IMG/VR virus record: IMGVR_UViG_3300025066_002035
Coordinates: 1 to 45,214 of that record
Source: a virus
Taxonomy: Duplodnaviria; Caudoviricetes
DNA: 45,214 nucleotides
Strand: one strand, 5' to 3'
A model generated the notes under the pieces. The model was given only the letters and a program-made list of their open reading frames with translations, ran no database searches and was not told the origin of the DNA. Numbering within the stretch: position 1 is the first letter of the stretch; every line of letters starts with the position of its first letter. This document shows, in pieces, positions 9,195-19,404 of the stretch. Position numbers and translations under genes: made by a program.

Positions 9195-10996
9195 TATCGG
9201 ATTGACCCTTCAATATCAATGTTGGGGAATTTAAGTTCAAAAATCACATTCGGCTCTGCCAAGATATAGCGACCATCGGCGCTCAGGTTCTTATTAAAGT
9301 CATAACTCACTCTAGCATACATCGCGCCCGTTCGACCGGTGATGCCAACATCATAAACGTCAACCACGCCGTCGACGCGGCTCAAGACCTTATAAAATTC
9401 AGCTACTGTGATAGACTCTCCTACGTCGTATTGATTCCGGAACAAAAATTCTCTCAATGCAGCTGTTGCTTTATTTAAGACGGTATACCTGTTAGCACTT
9501 AAATCAATCGCCAAAGAAAATACTATCCCAAAGTTAACGATCGCGGCGTCAAGAATGTCAACCGTATCGTTTATCATTTTATATTGTAGGATCCAGTTTC
9601 TTAAGTTATTTTTTATTGTTACGTTCGCCGCAGTTAATTTGCCACTAGCATTCTGTGAAACCACATAAATGTTGAGATTTCTTTTAAGCTCATCGAAATC
9701 GCGGAGGACCGCGGCACGTTTGATAGCACCGAACTTGTCGGGCATCGCATAACAAATAGTTTGATAATCCTGCGCAGTCACAGCACGGTTCTGTGTGGCG
9801 AAGTAGCCCTGGACACGTTGCTTGATTTCATCAGAGGTTGGCAGCGAAATATCTCCTACGAAAGGTTCATCGTTTGAAACTTCCAACGACCCAATCACAG
9901 CATTCCTTTTAGATTGTAATAGGGCGCCCTGATTGGTGAACCGGAAGATCGGGCGGTTAACTGTAATAATTGTGCCGACTGCTGCGTTAACATCTTGAGT
10001 GGTGTTGGATCGATAACCAATACGTAGCGTGGTGTTTGCGGGCGCAATACCGAATTTATCGGTGCTTATAAGTTTTGTGGGGTCGAAATTCATATCATTA
10101 ATATAATTTCTGCCTGGCAGTTGTAGAACCAAGTTAGATGGATCGACGACCGACTCTGAGAGTAATTCTGAATCTGAGCCGTATCCGAACTGAATGAACG
10201 CTTTGCCGGCGACACGCTCAAGAATAAACCTTCTTGCGACGGGGACCGCTTTCAGCAGATTCTTTACTGTGTTGCTAGTGCTACTGTTTGAGTTGGGAAT
10301 AGCTTTATAGATGATATTTTGAGATAAGTTGTCAACCTCATAATACACGTGACCTTCACTATCGGTAACCGAGAGTACTTCAGCGACGTTGGATGTTTCC
10401 AAATTCACCTTTAGGAAGCGCTGGAAGTTGCCGACCGTTACTTCTTGGAAACTAGTGCGGCCCGAGACTGCTCTCCCCTGCGAACGAATAATATAGCTTG
10501 TTGGCGCACCGGTTGAGGAATTAACCTTTCCCGGGACGACTTGATTTGAAGTTTCAGCGAAGTTGATGTCTTCTACTAGGGTATACTGGCCGCCGCCGAT
10601 AGAAGAGAATGTAGATCCCATTGTGAGGCGAGGTGCGTAATCAAGATCCGGGCCCAGATTAACTGCATCAGAAGGAACTTCTAAGTAAAAGGTGAGCACC
10701 CCATGGGAGCTAGGTGCTGTATTGAGTTTGAATCCCATTTGGCGAGCGAGGCGAACAACATTATTGTATTCGATAGCCGTATCTAGGAAGCTCTCATTTG
10801 CCTGATAGTCTAGGTAGAACGACAGTATATCTCCGACGTATGCTACTGTGTCTAGCATTAAGGAGCCAAATGAGGCCTCGTTAAAATCTTTGTATGTATC
10901 AGGGTAGTAACGCTTAGCGTAGTTCTCCAGGTCGCGACGAATTGATTCAAAATCGCGGCTAGTATAATCAATTGGTTGTAGTTTTTTATTACTCAT
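9194..10996 (-). CDS. Baseplate wedge protein (T4 gp6 / baseplate J-like)
   Basis: 600 aa; DYTSRDFESIR...YYPDTYKDF...LSFYLDYQANESFLDTA and FATQNRAVTAQDY motifs; adjacent to a gp25-like gene. Confidence 0.9.
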   Translation of the reverse strand: MSNKKLQPIDYTSRDFESIRRDLENYAKRYYPDTYKDFNEASFGSLMLDTVAYVGDILSFYLDYQANESFLDTAIEYNNVVRLARQMGFKLNTAPSSHGVLTFYLEVPSDAVNLGPDLDYAPRLTMGSTFSSIGGGQYTLVEDINFAETSNQVVPGKVNSSTGAPTSYIIRSQGRAVSGRTSFQEVTVGNFQRFLKVNLETSNVAEVLSVTDSEGHVYYEVDNLSQNIIYKAIPNSNSSTSNTVKNLLKAVPVARRFILERVAGKAFIQFGYGSDSELLSESVVDPSNLVLQLPGRNYINDMNFDPTKLISTDKFGIAPANTTLRIGYRSNTTQDVNAAVGTIITVNRPIFRFTNQGALLQSKRNAVIGSLEVSNDEPFVGDISLPTSDEIKQRVQGYFATQNRAVTAQDYQTICYAMPDKFGAIKRAAVLRDFDELKRNLNIYVVSQNASGKLTAANVTIKNNLRNWILQYKMINDTVDILDAAIVNFGIVFSLAIDLSANRYTVLNKATAALREFLFRNQYDVGESITVAEFYKVLSRVDGVVDVYDVGITGRTGAMYARVSYDFNKNLSADGRYILAEPNVIFELKFPNIDIEGSIR

Positions 10997-11013
10997 GGGG
11001 GCGCCTCATTATA

Positions 11014-11409
11014 CTAATTAGACTCCACATTGATCTGTAGGTTAGATAAAAGTTGTAAAGGTGTAATTGTAAAGATGATATTCACAGACAAGTTATGAGG
11101 ATATAGATCCGGATTGTCTTCCGGGATGGCATATTGGATATCATTTATCTCAATATATGGCAGATATAGCCCGGTTTGCTCTAGTATCCTTTCTGTAATC
11201 TTATCATAGGTATCAGAGGTATTCTGTTCAAAAAGATATCTCCTTAGGCCGATGCCGAAGTCGGGATCCATTATCCTCTCGCCCGGGATCGTGAGTACCA
11301 GCATCTTCAAATTTTGCTTTGCTAGTTCAAAGAAGTTCGTGTTAAGGTTATATGCCCCGAAAATCTCGCTTGTGACAAGAGGCAGTGCAACTGATAGTCC
11401 AGAACTCAT
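11014..11409 (-). CDS. Baseplate wedge subunit, GpW/gp25 family
   Basis: 131 aa; QNLKMLVLTIPGERIMDPDFGIGLRRYLFE signature. Confidence 0.92.
   Translation of the reverse strand: MSSGLSVALPLVTSEIFGAYNLNTNFFELAKQNLKMLVLTIPGERIMDPDFGIGLRRYLFEQNTSDTYDKITERILEQTGLYLPYIEINDIQYAIPEDNPDLYPHNLSVNIIFTITPLQLLSNLQINVESN
11015..11021 (-). promoter_or_regulatory. Candidate phage late-promoter motif CTAATTA (similar sites at 7662-7668, 43085-43091, 45163-45169)
   Basis: Recurring (C/A)TAA(T/A)TA just upstream of gene starts; resembles the T4 late promoter TATAAATA; a gp55-like sigma gene is present. Confidence 0.45.
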
Positions 11410-11429
11410 TTTTTATTTCTCCCCAATCC

Positions 11430-13247
11430 TTACGGTACTTCACCCGGTTCACAGAGGTCCTCAGTAGCCTCCACAGTGACAGATGCCTCTTCCGGGTCGA
11501 GACATACTTCTGGGTCCGGAGGCTGTAGAGCGTCCACTACTTCGTCCTCGCCAAACTTAATTAGTCCTAATAGTAAATAAATTAGTCCTAAAGGCGTTGG
11601 GGGCATCATTAATAAGCCGGAAATCTTTCCAGTGAAATTGATGCCGTCTCTTTCGATGTCTGGAAAGAAGTTTGGGGGGAGAGTTGGCATCAGCGGATTG
11701 CCATCGTCGTCTAGTGGTCGAGGTACATCGGCGAGGCTCTCCATAAGAACCTGAAGTATGCACAAAATAAATTTAAGGAGATCGTCGCCGTTAATTCCCT
11801 GGAGTTCAACTTCTTCGACGTCGATCTGTTGTATTGCAGCTTGGGCCTCTTTGCGCGCCACATTGATGCCTTCCGCTGGAACATTCAGTACTTCCGCCAA
11901 TTCATCGAAAGCGTAGCCTGTGACATTCTTGATGATTTTCGTAAGCCCAACGTGTGGATCGATAAGCTCACAGAGACCCTTGAGGATATTAATGGGCGTC
12001 ATGATAAGCATCTTTAATATGAAGTCTCTGGCTGAGGCGCTGTGTTTATCAAGCTGATCGTCGACGGTACCTGCGAGCGACGGAGGCAGACGGCGTAGAT
12101 CTGGTTTGTTCTTATAATTATCGTCGTTTCTAATGGTCGAGATCAGTATTTCTAAAGCAAGAGCGTTCGAGGCATAAAAAGATTCATTAATATTCTGGAA
12201 GTATTTCCCGGTTAGGAAGAAGTTCTGCATAATCGGAACAAATGTAATAATTTCTTTACTGAATGTTGTTGAGAAGTACTTCTGGTATTCTGGCTTGTCT
12301 GTGAGGACGTCTAATTCTTCGGGGCTGAGGGGTTCCCGAACAAACCCCGCCGAGTCGGCGCCTTCCATTGCCGCTTCGAGTGCCAAGCGGTGCAGTTCCC
12401 GCTGGATAGCCAGCTCTTCTTGGATTAGAATTTCTTCTCTCAGAAGCTCAAGGCCCAGACGGACGTTCCGCATCAGTGATCTAGCGAGGGGTCGGTCGAT
12501 GGCGAGAATGTTCTTGTGGGAACGTGTTACTACTATTTTGTGGCCGCTCTTCCGATCCCAAAAGAGCGCGTTGTGAAGCGCTACAAACCGTAGCATTATT
12601 ATATAAGGCGTGAACGTTATATGCCGAGTGAGTGCATCCTTCTTAAATATGAATAAATCTGGTGTGTTTTGTCCATTATACTTGTACTTAGGCAGCTCGG
12701 GGCTGGCGGGTCGTTTCCCGGTCATGAAGACATCTTTGGCAGCGTCATCGGAGCCAAGGACAGTCTCTGGTCGAATTCTTGAGTCGGCGCCTTCGAAAAT
12801 ATCGTGGCCCATATTTTTCGCGAGTTGGAGGAGTCCATTCATCTCTTGGAGTATGTACCACCAGTCCGCGCGCTGGGCGCCGGTGGCGACGATGCTAGGC
12901 CGTGGGCCCAGGTCGCCGGCGATATCGGCCTGTGAGTCGGGCCCGTCGGGGTCGTGCATCCCCTGTGCAGGAAAGCCGCCGGCGTAGAGGTCAGAGTAAA
13001 AGGTGCCGACCTCATTGTCGTCCACGTATTCGACGTCGGCTGAGGGGTAGAAGTCGAGCCGGATGCTCTGGAGCTTAGCAATATACAGGTTAAATGCTTT
13101 GGCCGACCCGGTATCCCGGTCTGTTCCCCAGGTCTCATCGAAACTGAGGGCCTGTTCGTCACCCGCGTCGCGTGCAGCTTGCTCCCATCGAGGAAGGTTC
13201 CACAAGGGCAAAAAGCTATAGTTAAATTCTTCTGTGTCGTGAGGCAT
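11430..13247 (-). CDS. Hypothetical protein, probably structural
   Basis: 605-aa ORF collinear with the baseplate genes; acidic, with a hydrophobic C-terminal stretch (PPTPLGLIYLLLGLI); no family recognised. Confidence 0.7.
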   Translation of the reverse strand: MPHDTEEFNYSFLPLWNLPRWEQAARDAGDEQALSFDETWGTDRDTGSAKAFNLYIAKLQSIRLDFYPSADVEYVDDNEVGTFYSDLYAGGFPAQGMHDPDGPDSQADIAGDLGPRPSIVATGAQRADWWYILQEMNGLLQLAKNMGHDIFEGADSRIRPETVLGSDDAAKDVFMTGKRPASPELPKYKYNGQNTPDLFIFKKDALTRHITFTPYIIMLRFVALHNALFWDRKSGHKIVVTRSHKNILAIDRPLARSLMRNVRLGLELLREEILIQEELAIQRELHRLALEAAMEGADSAGFVREPLSPEELDVLTDKPEYQKYFSTTFSKEIITFVPIMQNFFLTGKYFQNINESFYASNALALEILISTIRNDDNYKNKPDLRRLPPSLAGTVDDQLDKHSASARDFILKMLIMTPINILKGLCELIDPHVGLTKIIKNVTGYAFDELAEVLNVPAEGINVARKEAQAAIQQIDVEEVELQGINGDDLLKFILCILQVLMESLADVPRPLDDDGNPLMPTLPPNFFPDIERDGINFTGKISGLLMMPPTPLGLIYLLLGLIKFGEDEVVDALQPPDPEVCLDPEEASVTVEATEDLCEPGEVP

Positions 13248-13266
13248 ATTCTATCTCTCTGTTCTC

Positions 13267-16200
13267 TTATAGCCCACCGAATGGGGCTTCTTGCGTATCT
13301 GTCGGGATTATGCCGGCCCGTACTTTTTCCAGCATAGTCTGTTCTGTTCCTCCGGAGCCAAATGATGGCAGCATACCACTAAATTCAAAGATGTTAACGA
13401 CATCCGGGTCAACTCCGTCTCCGCCGCCATAATAATACCACATTTTGATCGTGGCTCTTTTCACTTTTTTGGTCAATTGATAATATTTACGAGTTAAGAA
13501 TACTCTTGGAGTATCATCTGTTCCATAATACTCTTGTATCTTCTGCACTAGCACACCGGGATATTCATTGGTAACCGTGAATGTTGGGATGCTGGCCAGA
13601 AATGCTTGATCTAAAGAAACCGGATTATTACCGGGGACCGACATCCGGATCGCTTTAGCAACCGACTCGCGACCCAAATATAAACGTTCAGAGATCAAAT
13701 AGTCAATTATTTCATCAAATCCCACAAAGGCGCCAGAGTCTGTTACAGAAAAAGTTACTCCCGTCGGAAAAGCTATCGTACCATTAGAATATTTGATACC
13801 CCCTTGTGCCACGTTACTCTCTCGATTAATTTTTATATTAAAATAACTAACCAAGTCGCGGCGGACTGTCGACTCATCCATATTTTCACTATTTCTTAGG
13901 AATGTAAGGAGTGATGTCGTTATCTGCTTGCGTAAGAACTTGAATATAAATCCACTTTGATTCATGGCGTCGGCTTCGCCGTCGGTCAGAAGACTATCAA
14001 GCTTAAAGGCAGTCATCACAAAAATATTCTTGATAAAAATTTGTGCGATCTGCATCTGAATCAGTTCAAGGTGCATGCCATACTTGATAACATTACGAAT
14101 AATAGTCCGGCTGGGGATCTCGGGCCTATCGTTACACATCGCCTCTACATACTCGTCCTTCAGTTGTTTCATAATACCTTGGACATCCAGCAGATCGGCG
14201 ACCTCAGATGGTGGACAATTTTCATTAAGATGGAAAAGTGTCAATGATTGCAAAGTGGCGGCATCAAAAACGCCATTTGTAATCACATAGTTAAACATGT
14301 TGTCAACTAAAATTCCATATACAGTGGGGAAGTGTTTTGATTCTATGAGTGCTTTTGTTTCAGGTGTGAGGGCACCGTCAACGGATAAAGTCGACGACGA
14401 AAATGAATCTACAAACGGTTGAATATAGGTGTTTTGAATATTGTTCGCGGCTGTTTCAAATTCCTGTTCGAGCATGCTCTCGGTTATCTCTTCCATCAGT
14501 TGTTGTTGAGGGATATAGTCGCCGCTCGATTCGAATTCGACAAAAATGTTGGGATTGTTTGGAGACTCGCGCGGGTATTGTATTTTTAGGTAACTGCCGT
14601 GTGACTGTAGGTTTGCCGTTGTTGCTTTTAGAATGGCGTCAGGGATAAGGATCCGCGCGGTGAGGAGATCATTATAGGCGTCGTCGAAGCTGAGAGAGAG
14701 GAGCGAGTCGAGCTGTTCTTGCTCGGTGGCCACTAGTCTAACATTTTTCTCTGCCTCATAATAATCAATCAAAGCCGCAAAGTGATCGGTCATATCCCTG
14801 TTCATATAGCTTTGAATAGCCGAGAGCATGGTTGGGGTTAATTCGCTAAGGGGGACCAACTTAAGGACACTGGCAGAATATCTAATCTGATTGTATATAA
14901 TAGGATACTCTTCTTGGAATGTCGGCGGGTAGTCCGGAGTCGGCGAAGACGTTGGGTCCGCTTGCCACGCGGCTCGGGCTTCTGCTCCTATTAGTGGCCA
15001 CGGAGTTGATAAGTCTGCCATAGACTCAGGATCAGAGGGGGGAGCTATGCTTAATGTTAGATAATAGAGTATTCTTCCTATTACCCGATCATCACTCCAG
15101 TGGATCTCTGGGATGTTGATAGGACCTCCGACTTCCGACGTCGCGAGGGCCGGGGTACCGGCTGCCCAGTCGGTCGTGTTGTCGGTACTCGGTTCTGCGG
15201 CTGCGACGGGAATGGAAGTTTCCAGCAACGGCGAATTAGGATGAACGTGATCGCCGGGGTATGATGTATCGCCATAAGCATTGTGTTCGTCAACATAGCC
15301 CGGGTCGCCGGGGGTAAGCCCATTGTCGGGGTTAGCATTTGGATGAACCGTCTCCTCGGTGGAGGAGCCGACAGGATGAGCGTGGGTGGTGCTAGGGGCG
15401 TTCGGTATCGATGGGGCCGTCGGGAAGTCGGGTGCCTCGGTCGCTCCGGGGGCGCTAAAAAGGAATGGAGTCGCAGTCGGAAAGTTAAAGTTGATCTCAA
15501 TCGGCTTATAGCTTCCGTCTGTAATCGGTATCTGTGTAAGCGTGGAAGGGGGGATTATGCCCGAGAACTCCTGAGCATCATTTATTACTGTCGATGAGAA
15601 GTTCCACGGGATTGTGAGGCTTCCGGGAACATATCCTAGGCGATCTAATTCAATATAATTGATGAACTCGCGATAAAACTGCAGATTAAAGCGATAGGAC
15701 GGGAACACGGGCATTCCGGGATTGGCGGGGTCACCGGATGGTGTGCTGAGGCCCATCAATTGAGCTTTTATATTATCGATAGCTGATATAAAACCTGGGT
15801 CTTGCATCGTGTCAGACACCATCGAGGTGATATCCCCGCCTATTCCGGCGATCTCAGCAGGGTCGAACCCAAGGATCTGTGATACATCAACATCACAGCT
15901 TTCAAGATCAAAGCTGGCAACAGCATCGAGCGCCTCGATGATTTTAGCCACGAAAGCTGGATCGAGTTTCGGTGGCCAACCGTTATCTTCGTAATTGTTG
16001 CCTAGGGCTCTTAAGGCATCCAAGATGGAACCATCACTATCTGTCGTAAATTTCTGCTCCAACATTAATGTTTTAACAGCTTCGGCAGAATTTACAAATT
16101 GTGTCTCTATCAGTTGTGTCAATGTGTTGAATAGCTCTGGGACTGTGATTGTAATCGTGGGATCATTGATGAAATTTTCTTTATCCGGACAATCAAAGTT

Positions 16201-18399
16201 AAGGACAGGCATCTTAAGTTCAATCCCGTTCTCCATGAGATCCAACAACTCTTCCATCTCGACAGTCGGAGCGTTACCCGGAGTAAGACATATCTCAATA
16301 TTGTCTTGGTTGGCAAAATATACTTCATTCGCGATCGCGTTGCACAGGTCTGTCACATCGACCATCATCGACATTTCATTAAAGAACGCCAGAATCGTTG
16401 AGTAGGTGATAACCTTATTCTGAAAGTGTTGGTTTGGATATTCCTTGTTGAACTCCATTATCTTATCGAGAGTGTCTGGGCCGATGGCGGCTCGATTAGT
16501 GAAGAGCTGACATATCTCCATAGAACTTAGGATTCCGGAGACGGCCGTGAGATAGGCCTGAAGCTCTTCAGCAGTGAGTGCCCGTTGGCCTGCGAGCTGA
16601 TCTAATGCTGAGCCGGCTCCAAGAAGGTCCGGTGTCTGCAGATCCGGCGCAATAAGGTCGGCAATATCAGTCGCCCCATAATCGGTAGCCCTTGGGTTAT
16701 TAAGGGGACAATTATATTTGAGGAGATCTGCTAGCTTCTTAATAATATCTAAAACGGATTGCTGGAGGGAGTCGATTACCGTATCCAGAACTTGTTTCCA
16801 GATATCTCCACTGATTGTAAACATCTTAAAGTCGTCTGGGTTAATGTATGGTTTTCGGATGTCGCCGCCCGGGCGTGTAAGCGGCGGAGGCAGATACAAA
16901 GAGGCCTGGGCTTTTGTTAGGCTAGCCTGCACGGCCTTTCCTATGCGGCCCAACTCAACGTTCAGCCCCATTGTCAAACAGATTACAGCTTCTTTCGCGA
17001 TCTCCTTGATCCCGAACATTTTGAAGATGTTGCTAACAATGGGATTTTTCTCTATGAATCCCATGGGGCCAGTTTCCAGAACGTTGTTTATTATTTTTAC
17101 CGTGTCGATCGCATTCCCTAGATTCTTTTTGGCCTCGTCAACCGATACTTTTTTAAATACCTCGGGGTTGTCTGCTATTTTAAGTTTGAGAGCTTGGAGT
17201 TGTTTGGACGAAAATGCTGTTTTAAACCCCTTCTCTAGGTCATCGGTATTTTCAATGTCAATGTTCATCATCTGCTTTGCAGCATTAATGAATGCATTGC
17301 CAGGTTCACCGGGAGGAGAGAGGGCACTGCTTGGATCGAATACAGTGCCGGCAACGCCGAAATTAGTGGCCGGGAGGCCGAGGACACCCTGAACCTCTGG
17401 GTTTCTCATAAATTCCATAAAACCTGAGGTGGCGGAGCCGGCTGACTGCTGACCTGGGGCTGAGATGGCATCTAAAATAGTCTGATAGTTTTTTAGAGTT
17501 ATGAGGGTGAGAGGATCTCTGACTGTATTATTAAACTTAATGTTTGACATATACCCAATTCTCATTGGGCGCGATGCTATAGATTCTTCAACAAGAAGAT
17601 AATCAATACGAGATATGGCGATTTGTTTGCCACCGGGGACTCCGGGTGCCTCCATCGAGCCAAAGTATACTGTCATTGTGTCAGCTTGGCTAAACTTATA
17701 GGTTGGTGTGGTGGCCTTCAGTTGTTTTGTCAATAGAGTCACAGCCAGACTGATTGCTGATTGCGTTGTGGCGGCCAGCATGGACATGTCTGGTGTTAAT
17801 GATAGTTGCCCTTCCATCCCTCGCATCTGTGTATTGAAGGCCTTCAGGCCGTCGTTGAGAGTACTGTTGGTTTTGCCGATTGTCCCGATCGCAAATGTAG
17901 AGGATGCATCCGTACCCGAGATCTTTTGATGAGTATTAAAGAAAGCAAGACTCTCCTCATAAGAAGGAAGACAGTGAGCGCTCTTGATCCCTTCTCTCTT
18001 TTTGTCGACATCATAGACTAGGGCCACCACAATTGACAGCTTAGCTGGATTTGGTAGCGGATCGACTCGGCCAATGACAATCTTGCCTTTAATATCACTC
18101 TTAAGGTCGCCAGCGACTTCAGCATTAGAATTTATAATAAGAGAAAAGGCGGTCGAGTCATATAAGAACGCATAAAACTCAGGGAAATAGTGAGTAATAA
18201 AGCGATTGGTCGCAACATTTTTAATATAGCTCTTGTCGGTTGTTGTGAAATCGCCTGGTCGTGTGACTCCCGCTGCCCGGCTGTCGAATCTCTCTTTTTT
18301 GATTTTAAGCTTAATAAAGTGCTCACCCCGCTGCGCATCATAGAAGGGAATATTGTACTGTTTGCCAGGATATTTTTTTGTTGTGGATTCGTCGACCAT
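13267..18399 (-). CDS. Large hypothetical protein, probably structural, with an internal Pro/Thr/His-rich segment
   Basis: 1710-aa ORF in the tail/baseplate module; no family recognised. Confidence 0.75.
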   Translation of the reverse strand: MVDESTTKKYPGKQYNIPFYDAQRGEHFIKLKIKKERFDSRAAGVTRPGDFTTTDKSYIKNVATNRFITHYFPEFYAFLYDSTAFSLIINSNAEVAGDLKSDIKGKIVIGRVDPLPNPAKLSIVVALVYDVDKKREGIKSAHCLPSYEESLAFFNTHQKISGTDASSTFAIGTIGKTNSTLNDGLKAFNTQMRGMEGQLSLTPDMSMLAATTQSAISLAVTLLTKQLKATTPTYKFSQADTMTVYFGSMEAPGVPGGKQIAISRIDYLLVEESIASRPMRIGYMSNIKFNNTVRDPLTLITLKNYQTILDAISAPGQQSAGSATSGFMEFMRNPEVQGVLGLPATNFGVAGTVFDPSSALSPPGEPGNAFINAAKQMMNIDIENTDDLEKGFKTAFSSKQLQALKLKIADNPEVFKKVSVDEAKKNLGNAIDTVKIINNVLETGPMGFIEKNPIVSNIFKMFGIKEIAKEAVICLTMGLNVELGRIGKAVQASLTKAQASLYLPPPLTRPGGDIRKPYINPDDFKMFTISGDIWKQVLDTVIDSLQQSVLDIIKKLADLLKYNCPLNNPRATDYGATDIADLIAPDLQTPDLLGAGSALDQLAGQRALTAEELQAYLTAVSGILSSMEICQLFTNRAAIGPDTLDKIMEFNKEYPNQHFQNKVITYSTILAFFNEMSMMVDVTDLCNAIANEVYFANQDNIEICLTPGNAPTVEMEELLDLMENGIELKMPVLNFDCPDKENFINDPTITITVPELFNTLTQLIETQFVNSAEAVKTLMLEQKFTTDSDGSILDALRALGNNYEDNGWPPKLDPAFVAKIIEALDAVASFDLESCDVDVSQILGFDPAEIAGIGGDITSMVSDTMQDPGFISAIDNIKAQLMGLSTPSGDPANPGMPVFPSYRFNLQFYREFINYIELDRLGYVPGSLTIPWNFSSTVINDAQEFSGIIPPSTLTQIPITDGSYKPIEINFNFPTATPFLFSAPGATEAPDFPTAPSIPNAPSTTHAHPVGSSTEETVHPNANPDNGLTPGDPGYVDEHNAYGDTSYPGDHVHPNSPLLETSIPVAAAEPSTDNTTDWAAGTPALATSEVGGPINIPEIHWSDDRVIGRILYYLTLSIAPPSDPESMADLSTPWPLIGAEARAAWQADPTSSPTPDYPPTFQEEYPIIYNQIRYSASVLKLVPLSELTPTMLSAIQSYMNRDMTDHFAALIDYYEAEKNVRLVATEQEQLDSLLSLSFDDAYNDLLTARILIPDAILKATTANLQSHGSYLKIQYPRESPNNPNIFVEFESSGDYIPQQQLMEEITESMLEQEFETAANNIQNTYIQPFVDSFSSSTLSVDGALTPETKALIESKHFPTVYGILVDNMFNYVITNGVFDAATLQSLTLFHLNENCPPSEVADLLDVQGIMKQLKDEYVEAMCNDRPEIPSRTIIRNVIKYGMHLELIQMQIAQIFIKNIFVMTAFKLDSLLTDGEADAMNQSGFIFKFLRKQITTSLLTFLRNSENMDESTVRRDLVSYFNIKINRESNVAQGGIKYSNGTIAFPTGVTFSVTDSGAFVGFDEIIDYLISERLYLGRESVAKAIRMSVPGNNPVSLDQAFLASIPTFTVTNEYPGVLVQKIQEYYGTDDTPRVFLTRKYYQLTKKVKRATIKMWYYYGGGDGVDPDVVNIFEFSGMLPSFGSGGTEQTMLEKVRAGIIPTDTQEAPFGGL

Positions 18400-18410
18400 A
18401 ATAGATTTGC

Positions 18411-19403
18411 CTAATTTGTGTGGTTATACTTACTTAAGATGTCCTGATCGACGGCATTATCGCCGCTTCCCTTGACGCTAACTGCGCCTCCTGGGGCTTC
18501 GAGAAAATTCTGCTGTGTCGCAAGAAGCTTTTGCATGTGAAGTTTAAGCTGTGTTTCGACGTTTGTAATTTTGTTGATCAATGATTCTACTCCGCGTGGG
18601 ACCATGTCTATAGCTGGAGCAGTAAGGATCCCGAAAAACGGTGAGTAGTGCTGATGTTTTAATATCTCTGTTGTTAAGTCGCGGTCATATTGAACAAAGT
18701 TAGAAAATAGTCCACTTAGTTCGTGAATTGAGGCCGCTATCTCTTTCAGGCACTGCTTTAGATTATCACCCTTAACAAGTGGCTGCATATCTCTGTCATC
18801 ATTCATAGCAATCAAATTGATTCCAAATGCTTGCTGGCACGTGTTGTTCAGTTCTCCGCCTTGAGAGTTCTTCCAGTCTGTCTTAGTAATAAGCTTAATG
18901 TTTTCTCTTGCAATAAGCCTTACTGTGTCTGCTTTCAGCGCCACTGTACTACGTGGAGCTAATTGTGAAGTGTTGCCGACTGTTCCTTCTGCGAGACCAA
19001 AGAAATGGTCAACGTTTGATTGCTGTGATAGGTACACGCGGGCGGCGTCCAGTTTGAAGTTGGGGTCGACATAGTTAATGTTCCCCTCGCTATCTTTCTT
19101 GCGAGCCTGGAATCCTAGCCGGCCGGCAACGATGTCGATAGATGCGCAGTGCATGTTCCTCGTGCCTCCGAAGCCAGACAGGATGTTGTTTGGGCGGTCA
19201 AGACCCAAGACAATAAAAGAGTTGCCCTGACTCATTACCTTCTCTACGTTGGTCGTGATATACTCGGGGACTTCCCAGTCGTCTCTGGCGCCTTGGCCGA
19301 AGCCGAAGAAGCGCGCTTTACCTTCATCGTCTAGAGAGTCATAATACGCTCGGACGATTGGTGGTAGTTTGTCTATGTCGATTGCTTTTGATGATTTTGC
19401 CAT
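18411..19403 (-). CDS. Putative baseplate spike protein (gp5 C-terminal-like part)
   Basis: 330 aa; short beta-strand-like repeats (STVALKADTVRLIARENIKLIT) and a late HxH motif (KHQH, 18648-18656); directly follows the OB-fold/lysin genes. Confidence 0.45.
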   Translation of the reverse strand: MAKSSKAIDIDKLPPIVRAYYDSLDDEGKARFFGFGQGARDDWEVPEYITTNVEKVMSQGNSFIVLGLDRPNNILSGFGGTRNMHCASIDIVAGRLGFQARKKDSEGNINYVDPNFKLDAARVYLSQQSNVDHFFGLAEGTVGNTSQLAPRSTVALKADTVRLIARENIKLITKTDWKNSQGGELNNTCQQAFGINLIAMNDDRDMQPLVKGDNLKQCLKEIAASIHELSGLFSNFVQYDRDLTTEILKHQHYSPFFGILTAPAIDMVPRGVESLINKITNVETQLKLHMQKLLATQQNFLEAPGGAVSVKGSGDNAVDQDILSKYNHTN

Positions 19404-19404
19404 A

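Noticed and set aside
11560-11591. 11-nt direct repeat attagtcctaa
   Set aside because: Explained by the repeated peptide LGLI in the coding frame; too short to support a separate element.
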